Assembly (NCBI GenBank): GCA_050084515.1
Contig: CM114271.1
Coordinates: forward strand, 38,812,001-38,876,000
From: Blasia pusilla
Taxonomy: Eukaryota
Direction of reading: 5' to 3'
DNA: 64,000 bases
Positions 1 through 11,698 of this stretch are shown in pieces. Position 1 is the stretch's first letter. Each line of letters starts with the position of its first letter. The notes beneath the pieces were generated by a model. The model did not search any database. It had not been told where the DNA came from and saw only the letters and a program-made list of their open reading frames with translations. Position numbers and translations under genes: made by a program.

Positions 1-146
1 AATGTGTTCACAAGTGTGAGGATTCTGCCGTGGGTTGGAATTTTCTTCGCCTGTATGGATTTCGGGGGGTATGGAAGGAGTGGTGGTGGAGGGTGTAATT
101 CGCAATGAGGACTGTGGAACAAATATAACTGTAGAGCTTAGCAGCG

Positions 147-2879
147 ATGGCAATCTCGTCTTGTCTAGAGCCTTCAGTTTCGCCACATAGTGCTCTTGTG
201 CAGCAGGCGCAGCAGAGCTGCGGCAGCTTCGGAAGCAAGTCAATGTTTGAGATTTCTTCACCTGTTTTTCAGTCTCTGCCGAGCTCCCATTTCTTCTCGC
301 CATTTTCAAGGACCTCGCCAGCGACCCGAACTCGTTCCCTGAAATCTGTCAATTCCTGCATTCGCTCCCAACATCGACATGGATCCCTGCAATGCATCGC
401 ACCTGAGGTTTCCGAGAACTTCTCCTTCGCTGGGGCTAATGGACTCCGGAGGATCGCTTCCATCGAACGTAGGTTTCCGAGCATGAATTCGCTGAATGGA
501 GGAAAGGAATTCGGGCTGAGCAGAAGGAAGGAACTGCTGGCAAGGGCCAGAGCTTCCATATCCATTTCTACCGCGGTTGTCGGAGAAGACGATGGTGCCA
601 CGACTCCCCAGCCCATAGCGGACCTCCAGCAGCAGGCGAAAAGAATACCTCTGCTGGCAAATTGGAAGCCACCTCGCTACGTCTGGAGATCCGTTGCTTG
701 TCTCATCATTGCTGGCCAGGTACATCATCAATCGAAACACAAATTAGGCTTCTTCATGGTGACGTGAATCCTACCTCTGGACGAATTCTTCCAAGACTCC
801 TGTGTGCTGCCTTCTTCCAGAAACAGTGAAATCTCAACTCTTCCATCACCGCAACCCTTAATGAGCTTCAAAGTTGTCACTGCTGGATTTTAAATCAATT
901 TCAGTGGTAGAGCTTGGCACCACTGAAACTTCCACCCATCTCTAGGAATACCCATGTGCAGTTGTTGATAGCCAAACCCTTTACAAAGCTTAAAAGGAAA
1001 CTTGTGTTCCAGATGGAGAAGTGTCTGTTGAGGGCACATGAAGGACATGCGGATATTAGGGTTCTGATTTGAACGTCGAGAGAATGCTGCGTGAGAATTA
1101 TTTAAGAATAACTGAATCTATAAAGAGAGGCTTTTCTACTCACATTTATCAATTGTGGCCTGTGATGGTTTGCCATGTTCTTTGTTCCACTGTGCTCTTG
1201 AAGTAGGGTTTTCTCTCCTGAAACTAAACTTCTACTCCCCTCACAGGTAATTGTGAGAGTGTTTACTGGAAAGATTCATGTGCGGAATTCCATACAGCAA
1301 CTTGAATCGGTGGGACCTCATTCACTTGGTGTGAGTCTGCTGACCGCATCCTTTGTTGGGATGGTCTTCACAATCCAGGTATGTCTATTCTTTAATCCTT
1401 TTGAGGTGGTTCCCGTGTTGTGATTTGCCACCTTCATTCTTAGATTTCTCAACTGTCATTCTGCTCTGGCTCACCACCTTGAAAGTTGGGTACTTACCTT
1501 ACTTGTGTCGATGGACTTCTTGTAGTGTCTTTTAACTCACTCAACACTATATTCAGCTTATCCGTTAGGATATGTCACACAAGCTGCTTTGGAAGAAGTC
1601 TTACTGAATTGAATCTTTCCTGCAGTTTGTTCGTGAGTTCGCACGGTTGGGCTTAACCAGGTCGGTTGGAGGTGTGCTCGCCTTAGCACTGGCTAGGGAA
1701 CTTTCGCCTGTGGTTACTGCCATCATTCTGGCTGGACGAATTGGCAGTGCCTTTGCTGCAGAACTTGGGACAATGCAGGTATGTCCTTTTGCCTTGTGTG
1801 TAGTACAAGGCTTCAGTCCTATAGTATCATTCCTGTGATGTCCAATTACCGACTTGAACAGTAGGGCTGCCCACATAATGGTCTAGGTTTTGCAGGCCGA
1901 GTCCAGTCCCATTAGAAATTATAGTTCACAATTTCATATGAAACTGGTAACGTCTCACACAGCCTCTGGTCTGAAATGTTGAGGTCAAGCTTTGGCTTGG
2001 TTGAAGAAGAGTTCCCCATCTCCAACTTAATTGTTGACGCAACAATCATCCCACAATCATAATGGTTTGTCTTCTCTCAACTGCATGCCATGGGGAATCT
2101 TCAAACTGCATAGATCATAAACCTCAAGACAATTCTTTCCTTTTTCTGAAGAAGAGATCTTAGCATAAGAATCTGACCATTCTCTGTGCCTATCGAATGT
2201 AAGCTAAAAACAAGGCACATTAAGTCTGGAATTTGTGCAAACTTTTGGCACCAGACAAAGAGAAAACTGTAGCCAAACCAAACATCAGAAAACTATGTTA
2301 CCCACGTGGTTGAAATTTGGGCAAATTCTCTGGTTATGGAGATCTACAAGATGGTCCTTAGTCTCAAGAAAGGTCAGAAATAGATCTTGTCTTTAAGTGC
2401 ATTGTGTTGCGAAGTCTGAAGACTACTTTTCTTGAATGCAGGTTTCAGAACAAACTGACACTTTGCGGGTGCTACGAACAGACCCCGTGGACTATCTGAT
2501 CGTTCCACGAGTTCTGGCCTGTTGTATATCTCTCCCTGTTTTGACGATCATTTGCTTCACTGTTGGAATGGCAGCCAGTGTCCTTCTTGCAGATTCTGTC
2601 TACAATGTCAGCTCAAACATCATCCTCGAGTCTGCGGCAAGGGCTCTTCAACCATGGGATCTGATAAGTACAACCATCAAGTCGGTTGTTTTTGGGGGCA
2701 TCATTTCTATCATCAGCTGTGCATGGGGTATGACCACCTCTGGTGGTGCCAAAGGTGTGGGTGAGTCTACAACCTCTGCCGTTGTGATCTCACTGGTTTG
2801 CATTTTCATCGCAGACTTCGTTTTGTCATATTTGTTTTTCCAGGGGGCAGGAGATGCCTTGAAGGCAGCCATGGGCTAG
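147..2879 (+). CDS. TGD1: TRIGALACTOSYLDIACYLGLYCEROL 1, chloroplast envelope lipid ABC-transporter permease (MlaE family); 4 exons, 431 aa
   Basis: Exons 147-719, 1247-1378, 1626-1778 and 2442-2879 have GT-AG introns, all phase 0, and join into one open frame. Motifs [73 protein letters not shown] and [18 protein letters not shown] are characteristic of MlaE/TGD1. The Ser-rich N-terminus resembles a plastid transit peptide. Confidence 0.95.
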
Positions 2880-5800
2880 CCAGCTGAAATGGATATAAAA
2901 GGATGCAGTGCTTTAGATCTGCAGATCAGGGGGAGTTTAAAAGACTATCAGATCTCATCCTTCAAAGCTTTCCATTCATCCAATGTGTACATGGATTTAA
3001 CATAGATGTTGAGAAAAAAATTTGCCACTTGAGTTTGCTTAGATCCAGACCCTAAACGTGTGTTTTCTGATGGCTGTTTGGAATAAACCCTCCTCCATCA
3101 ATCACCTGATCATACTGGTTTCACTTTGAATCTTTTCACATGGGTTTTGGAAGATGAAAACAAAACTACTCTAAAGAGTGGTGGCAAATTTCAAGAGTTA
3201 ATTTGAAATGATAGCAACATTTTGCAAACCCGTTCGGACATGATCTTTATGCAAGTTTTAGAACAGCTTCTGCATGGATACTTGATACTTTCCCAGCACA
3301 AGTGAATGGTGTAGTGCGTGTTTGGTGAGTGTTGGTGTTCAAGTAAGTATTCTTTGGAGATTGGTGAGAATGTTTCGAATAGTTATCATCACCAAATGGT
3401 TGCTCTTGTTGGTATAACTTTGAAAAGATGGATACAATTGGTGCAAACTTGACCATTTTTTTCAATCAGCAATCAATTGGGAGAGAGGAACATTAATTCT
3501 AGCATCATGGGATATGGACACGATGAAAATAACAATAATTTTCTCTATGTAATTGGTCGGATGTCGTGCTGACTTCTTTGTGCAATGTGTTCCAAGTCTC
3601 CTCCAAATTAGGTACTACATATGATGGTTTTCATCAATTTGCCCAAGGATCCGCATGAGGCCAACAATCTTCTTACTCCACAATTGTACATATAACAATT
3701 TTTCAAGGACACGTGTCATAATCGATTGATCATATCATTGGTGTCCGTTTGTGCAATGGCCACAACTAAATGTTCATACAACATGGCGAGGCCCTACTCG
3801 AACCCATGGGCGAAAGAATTGTCTTGTTTTGATTCCCTTGCAAACTTATTGATATCACAAATAGGTTTTTCTACACTGTATCTTTCCAAGAATCCCCTAG
3901 GATGGCATGGAGAGAGATTTGGAAATGGTTTAATTGGTGCAAGAAACATCATTCATGCCTTTTAAAGTCATGAAAGGGACTCAAAAAACCCTATGGGGAA
4001 AAAAGGTATGTAGACTAACATAGAAATTGCAAATGACGTGTGCTCCGATACACAATTGCATGTGCTTGCAAACTCTGAACTCATAATGGAATCACTAATT
4101 TCATGAACTTGTAGGTGGTTTGTAAGACTCACAAAGCACCTGCATGTCACATATATGTAAAGTAGTGGCAAACCCACAATTTCCAACCTCTGGCCATTGC
4201 AAGTAAAAAGAAAATATAGTAGTAAGCTTCCTCCTTCTTGATATCTTGAGATATCATCCCCCTAAGATTTGTTTCCTCATCATACATTTATAGTGAATAG
4301 TAAGATGCACATCACTTCATAGCGTTCATATGAATCTTTGTTGAGGTTACTCTCATCTTCAATAGCCTCATAATTTGAATAAGTATCCTCTATGATGTAG
4401 ATGAGAAACTAGTTCAACATAGCTTAGATTGAGTTCTACACATAGGCCCAAACAATAGAATAACCTTATAAATGGTGAAAAGTTGTAACCTTATATGAAA
4501 TAGATATGTGACTACAATCATAAATGAAGTCACAATAGAACTATGAAATATCCCCAATACGTATTCATAAGACACTTGCAAAATCTTGTGAGTATTAGAA
4601 ATCACAAAGTTAGTTTTTGAATAAGTGTTTAATTTCTTACTTAAAAATCTTGAGTTTTGTAATGCCATTGTATCCTTGCTTGTTTGCATTACTTGCATGG
4701 TTGTTGCAAAGAAGTCGTAGCAACTTAAAGTTTGTTAGTTGCAATATAATCTCAAATTGTGAGGGATCCGTTTTACTCTTTGTAGAAAATTTTCAATCAT
4801 GTGGAATTATTCTCTATTAATTCATTTAACTCAAAAAATATAATTCAATTTTTTTTTAAAAATTAGTTCTTCAATCAATTTTAAATAGGAAATATGCATT
4901 AATTTTAAAATCCATAACATAAGGAGTGAAACAAACTTGCAAAGCGTACTCCTTCAAAAACTCAACTTAAGAGCATATACCTATTATTTACATATCTCCA
5001 TTTAGTCCATCGTTTGAGAAAAGTGAGGTTATTATACAAGGAGAGTACTATTTAGAATTATGTGATGAAGATTTTATGGGGTGTCATAAGACATTTTGTG
5101 GAAAGAAAATAAGATGGCCCATTAAAATACATGTAAGTATATATGAATGGAAAATAATACTTTCATTTGTATCATAATTTCTTGAAGTAAGAATATTTCA
5201 TGTAGAAAGAAGAATCCGAAAGAAACTAAACTTCATGGTGGAGTAGAAAGGCTTTTATTGTCTTTTTTTAGTTCGACTATTTTTTGAACAAATTTTAAAT
5301 AAAAGGAATATTTCTTAGGAAAAAATGTGTATTTTCCTTATATTTGAAAGATAACTACCATACTACCATCATATGTTAATGGGCCACCATCACATCATAT
5401 TTGCACTCTTACTAATTTAAAGTGTAATGAACAAATGCTACAAGATAAAATAGTTGCTCGCAATTATTCATCCTTTTTCTCCTAATATTTCTCTTTGCTT
5501 TTAGGCCCAAAAAGTGATGTATACTTATTGAGTGGTGATTACAATTAGAGTTAGAATCTAGAGAGTGTGAAAGTGGATTAACTTAAATTGAGGAATGAAA
5601 AATTTGGAAATTGTAAGGGTATTTTTTTCTTCTCATGAAGCATGGGCATAATACTCAAGCATATTAAAAGAGGGTACATTCTTGATGTCCAACTCCCTCA
5701 CTACATGCTATGCATCCATGCTCACACATATTTCCCACATCTCACAAAATGAAATAATTAAATGAAAAATTAATAATATGGAATTATAAAAAGTTTAGCT

Positions 5801-6659
5801 AGGAAAATCCCAATTATTGCTCCATGCATAAGGCAAGTAATTGTTGTGCAATAAAATTGTATGTCACTTCTCCATTCCTCTTCTCTTCCATATCGGCACA
5901 TATTCTCTCATCCCTCCCTATCCTCGTTGAAAAATGAGATCATTATATTAATTTAATTTCCAAATAGTAATTATTATTCCACACATAGTTTGCATGTTAT
6001 ATTAGTATCTTACATTCGGGAAACCAAACACCACCATGACTTTGTCATGTATAATTACCTTCACTGTACTATAGTGTTAGTGTAAAGCCTGAAATGGTAT
6101 ATATGAAAGATTTTCTTCTTGTCCAATTGCCAATGTCTAAAAGAGAGGCTCTTGCAAATCAAGAAGCTCTCCTCCATTAATGATATAATAGATGTATTTA
6201 TATCTCTACTATGTTCTTAATATCCAACACCCTTAGTATTTGTAAAGTGTCCATGCTCATTTATGTTCACCAAATCAAACAATGAAAGAAAATTCTTTTA
6301 CCAAATCGCTTTGCTAAATCTCCATTATTATTCAACATTTTGCACATTTGTATTATATTATAAGGACACATTCTTACATCCAATGTACATGTGGCTTGCT
6401 CTTCCCCTTCCTATAAGATTGAAATCATAATATTAATAATTATTCAATATTTAACATAATGCTTAGTTAACATTAAAATCTATCTATATTATTATTGGCA
6501 ACAAGGGTCTCAATAACAAACATCCCTTTGCTTGACACTTGTCCGTTTAGGTACTCTATACTTATGACATCTCTCCTCTCTAAAAGCTTAGTTCCATCTA
6601 ACTAAGATGGAGAAGCATGGAAGATGAAGATCAGAGATCTCAAGAGGACTCTTCTATCA

Positions 6660-6686
6660 CCCGTGTTGAGCACGGGCACCAACTAG
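6660..6686 (+). mobile_element. Helitron 3' terminus (GC-rich hairpin + CTAG before T)
   Basis: CCCGTG-ttgag-CACGGG, a 6-nt spacer, then CTAG|T is the canonical Helitron 3' end. The AT-rich, ORF-poor DNA upstream may be the element body; no 5' TC end was identified. Confidence 0.6.
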
Positions 6687-9183
6687 TATATTTTAATATA
6701 TGATGTTTCTCATAAGTGGAGGAGGCAAAAACAAAGGTTTTTCATCCCGGCTACTAGCACCGACCGAAGAAGATTCAATACTAGGAAGATACCTATAAGT
6801 GTCTAGTAAGATGCACAATCCCTCTTGAATAATTCCCAACATTTTTTCCCCTCCAAAATGGATGGCTAATTTTTTCTTGAGGTACTCATTAAAATATATC
6901 TTTTGAAATACATATGTCCAAAGAAGTCTAAATCAGCCCTGAGTTAATATAAAAAAAATTATTGTATGCAAATTTAGAGCTACCAAGTAATCATACGCCA
7001 CCAAGTCATATATATTCAATTTCACTTTAATAAAATAAACATATATCTTGATCGGAGGATTTCTTCAGGCCACATCGGCTCACAGTTCTCTGCCGCGTGT
7101 TCGTCATGCCAAGTGGCAGCACACGCGCGGCGACAGCCGCCCGATGGATGATGATCGCAGTAGAGTTATCAAGTGAACTAACTCTACCCAACGTGGCCGA
7201 GATCGCCGGCGCGACTTGCTGGTGGTCGCTATTTTTACACCGACTGCGATCGATCTTCGCGATTTCTCACGCCTTCGTCTGCTTGAACCTTTCCCTGACT
7301 TGCGGACTAAGCCACACTCCATCCTTTTTCTTCTATAGGAAGGCGTTCTCTCGGCCTTTCGCGTAAGGGCTAATCAAGCGGCCCTGGCGGCGCTCCCTGT
7401 AAGTGTTACAACCTCTTCCCATTTTTTCTCGGCTTTGGAGAGGGGTGCTACATTATTTCAGGCAATGTTTTCATTTAAATTTGTAAAGGGAGATGAAAAT
7501 ATATTAGGCTAGTGAGTTGGGTTTCTTGGTAATTTTGACGTATGGACTTAGGCTTGAAATAATATGGAAAAATGGAAAGAGGTTGGATAATTTGGTGTAG
7601 GTGGGAAGAGTTTCTATTGATTTCTAAATTAGAATATTTAAGTCGCATTTTGGAGGTAGATTGGAGTACCATCCCTTGCTTTCAATCATAATAAGTACAT
7701 CCCATGGTCACCCGATTAGGAAAAACAAAATCATATGGAACTAGTCTCTTAGCACAACATGGGGCTTCATGTGGACATTACATGACTCTCCCTACTACGT
7801 CCAGGTTTCTCGACAAGTAGATTTCCCCAATATTCTCTATATGTGGATAGGGCAGGTTATTCATATGCTTGAATGGGGCTGAATTTTAATCTCCCTTGCA
7901 TTTAGTTGGACACGCTCCAAATCTGTTGCCATGTTGCATTTTACTTTGTTGCATAATCTAGTAGGAAGTACCCATGTGGGGTGAATTGACATCCCTAAGG
8001 TCTTAAACCCGTTTTATTGTGGATTGGTAAGCTGGCCCTAAGTGCCCCTAATGTCCACAAAGCACCCTCAAATTTTTTTTTTCTAGAAGGGTAGTGAAAG
8101 TCTTTTTTTAGAAAGGACAAGGTTGACATACAACGTCAACCATAAAGGTATCATCCTGGGAGGTGCTCCTCTATTAACAGGTAGTTAAAGGTTAATTCCA
8201 TAAAATTTCCTTGGTACATTTTTTTATTATATTAATCTCTAATGTGATGTGTTGTTTTGATCCCATAATATTTCTCCATGAGATTTTTTATACGCAAGAA
8301 ATATCCAAGGAGCTATTTTCATGGTTTTAGGCGAAGATCACAATCATCTTGTCCAATTCTTTTATTTTTCTAGTTTATTGTAGCCCGGAGTTTTTTTTCT
8401 ATAGGGAATTTTAGTGCATGTACATGTCTCGAACTCTTTTGTACAAATCTAAGCTTATCTAACCATACGTATGTTACTTCCAATAATCATCATAGAACAC
8501 CCATATTAGCCTCCCAATAACACATATTTATTGGATGTTTGATCGCATATTTTTCAAAGCATCCATCTTCAAATTTATTTGAGAACACAAATAGTTCCAA
8601 AACACCTTGAACAATATTTCTACCCAAATGCACTACAACAAACTTCGCAATATTTAGTTTTGACCCCTTTGAGAAGCCCCAACATATATAAGATTTTTTT
8701 CCAAGATTCTAATCTATACTTTTAGTCAATGCTTGTGCGATCCTCGGGTTAATGATAGGTGATTTAAATTACTCATCATATTCAGTAATAGACTTCAAAA
8801 TGAGCCCAATTACTCAACTGACCTCATAAATCAATCCCACGTTACATAAGGACAAGTGTCATAACTAGATTGGCTGAAACCATGAGGTTTCAGGAGGAGA
8901 GGTGATAAAAAATTCAAAAGGGCAATCTCCCATAATATAATAAAAATATAGATTATGGGAGGGTTGCCTTGATTTTATAATGCCTCTCCTTTTGACTTCT
9001 GGCGCTCTCATCCAATAGGGTTTTGAGACGCGCCACTTAGGGTCACTTGGGGTTTGTTAAGTTACTTTGGTCACACATTTGGGTTATACTAGAGCAGTTG
9101 TGCACCAGATTGGTCAATTTTGGATGTACACACCGTGGATGGATGGCAAACAAAGATAGCATCACAACAGACTTCGTCACCCA

Positions 9184-9625
9184 CAAGGTTGCACATGAAT
9201 AAAGTTTGTGTTCGTGGACTTATGTCTATGTGGGTCCGAGTTCCTGCAGCTTGTACTTGGGCCGGCCCCGCCCGCAACATATATTGGAGCTTGTTCAGCT
9301 TGTACCCAATTCTTGCCATCCATTTTGTAGCATGCACTAAGACAACACCTTGCTTGTAAAGGCTCGCATCAAGCCTGCGAGGGGCTTGCATTTAGCTTGC
9401 CTAGCTCGTCCTAAGCCTTGAGGATTTGAGCGGGTTTGGTGTGGGCCACACATGGGTTGGATGCAAGCTAGGTAAGGGCTCATAATCCCCACACCCATTC
9501 GATCCATGCTCCCTTCCCTTAATCCGAGGTCGTACATGTTCCTGCGTCCCAAACTTGTGAAGGCCACCGGGATATTGAAAAAACCCAAGTGGGAGATCCA
9601 TCAGTCATGTCCATCCCATGGACAT
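9184..9625 (-). mobile_element. Truncated non-autonomous hAT-family element (same family as 54309-54620 and 55819)
   Basis: TIR CAAGGTTGCAC at 9184-9194. The minus strand reads ...GACATAAGTCCACGAACACAAACTTTATTCATGTGCAACCTTG, matching the right end of the 54309-54620 MITE. CATGGGATGGACAT near 9610 matches CATGGGACGGACAT near 55850. Confidence 0.65.
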
Positions 9626-9659
9626 ATAAATATGTTTATATTTATATGTCCATGGGATG
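9612..9659. repeat. Perfect 22-bp-arm inverted repeat (4-nt loop)
   Basis: CATCCCATGGACATATAAATAT-gttt-ATATTTATATGTCCATGGGATG, read directly. Confidence 0.9.
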
Positions 9660-11366
9660 ACTAGTTATTCTAGTTAGAAACCTAAGCTATCCTAAGAACA
9701 TACTAACATATACTTTCCATATATGTAAAATAATTTCATTTTCATTTCTCATTTTCCAATCATATAATACATTAGGTGAAAGCCCCAATCTCATTTCCTC
9801 AATATGGGGCACATTGTCATAATTTGGCATCACTTTCGAACTTTGATTTTCTAATTTGGATGGGAAAAAGGTACCCACTAGCTTTTCTTAGTTCCATGAA
9901 TCTTGTCATTTAAGGGGAGAATGGTTTTCATTTAGATCTGATTGTAGTGGTGGAGATATTCTTTAGAAATTATTGGAAAATATTTCCAAAAAGAACTACC
10001 GAAAATATATAAGTGCAAGCACAAGCCAAAAATATTAGCCAAATGTTTTTACCAATTGTAAAAATAGGCATTTCAAATACTAGCGTGGCTCTCCAAAATT
10101 TTATTTTCCATTTTCCCTTGCCATATTAGCCTCTTTATGATCCTTTTATTTGGGATTAGAGCATTGCATTGTATAGACACCAAAGCTTGAACCAAGGATA
10201 TACGATGGATTGAGAGGTTGGAATTGTGATTTTGACACCAAACCAAGTCTATACACTCGAGTTTTGAATTCTAACCTGGGACCTTAACCCAAGGCTCAAG
10301 TATTGATTCTTGATTAGAAACTCTTCGGAGGTCTGTTGGGCAATTGGGACCATCAAGTGTGCTAGCACCATTGTAGATCCTCACACTATCAAGAAAGTAT
10401 GTGCAAAGTCTTAAATGACTTGATTGTGTTAGGGAGTGAGTGATTTGTTTGGTATCTGATCCAAATCCCATTTTGGAGTCTTGAGCTTGAGGGATGATTC
10501 AAGATCCAAATTTAAGAGATGCAAGGTTGGTTAACCTAAGGCTTGGCTAATATGAGTGTGTTTGGGTGCAAATGAGTAATGAGAGCATGAGATGTTGAAC
10601 GCAAGATTTTGCAAAACAAAAGATCAATATGTAAAAAAGTAGATGCACAACAAATCTCTTAGATAATAAATGGTTCAATTGGACCTTTGAATCAATGTCT
10701 TCCCAACAACCAGCTTATAGTGTAAGATTTTAATAACTTTCTAATGGATTGCTTATTTTCGTATAATTGTAAATGGATCTCTTTTGACAAAAATATTGTT
10801 ACATCATGATTGTGCGACATTGTAAGGGTAATTCAAAAGATCATGAATCACCTCCAAACAATCTCAAGTTTATGAGTTTTAGACAAAACCAACTTTTCAA
10901 CATTGTTTCGGAAGATCCAAACCTTACCTAAACAAGGAGGGTGAGGTGTAGTTATCTTGTGGGATTTATGGGAATGAATGGGGTTCCCCAAGTTGCTTAT
11001 GCTATGCACAATTAAGGACCCAAGGATATCTTCACATTGATCACTACGGGCTCTCTAGTTTTCATGTAGGAGACAAGAAATGAAACTCTTTGCATATTGC
11101 AAACACCCCTCTATACTATTAGTATGCTATACTTTAGCCTCTATCTTGCTATAAAGAAACCCTTTGTGCCGCTAGTTGCACCGTCCTAGACAGTTGGACA
11201 TACTATGGGCACAAATTTCAAGCTGGAACATCGGGGAAGAGAAGTAAAGCTGGAAGTAAGAAAAGTGTTTAAAAAATTCCTCTTAGAATGTTAGGGTGGA
11301 ATGCTGCCCTAAAACAATTTATTTCTCCCTTTAGTTCGCCCTCTCTTACTGTTAAAGGCGTGGCAT

Positions 11367-11533
11367 GGCCCAAAGGTCTAAACCGATTATAAGGAGGAAA
11401 AAGAAGCCCCCGTAGGAAAATTGTATGAAGGCCTATCTGAAGTTCTTAAGGACAGGGGACCCCGAAGGAAGGAAGGAAGGAACGAAGGGAAGTATGAAAG
11501 AAAGCGAAGAGGAGTCTTAGGCTTTTAGGGTTT
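11367..11533 (+). promoter_or_regulatory. Site II (GGCCCA) + telo-box (TAGGGTTT) module upstream of ABCE
   Basis: GGCCCA at 11367-11372 and TAGGGTTT at 11526-11533, about 170-330 bp before the ATG. This pairing is typical of plant translation-machinery promoters, but both motifs are short. Confidence 0.4.
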
Positions 11534-11698
11534 GCTCGGGGAGGTTTGTGGCGTTGGCTTCTCTGCCTGAGGAAGCGTTTGCTCGTCTGGTCTGGAGGAG
11601 CAGCAGGAGAGGGCGGTCGGGGAGAGGGTTAGGGACAAGGAAGATTGAGGCGTTCTGTTGTCGAAGATTGATTTGGGATTGATCGCAAGCCGTCGAAA

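Noticed and set aside
7345..7380. Resemblance to the U2 snRNA 5' end (TTCTCTCGGCCTTT...TAATCAAG)
   Set aside because: It lacks the GTGTAGTA branch-pairing sequence, the Sm site and the rest of U2.
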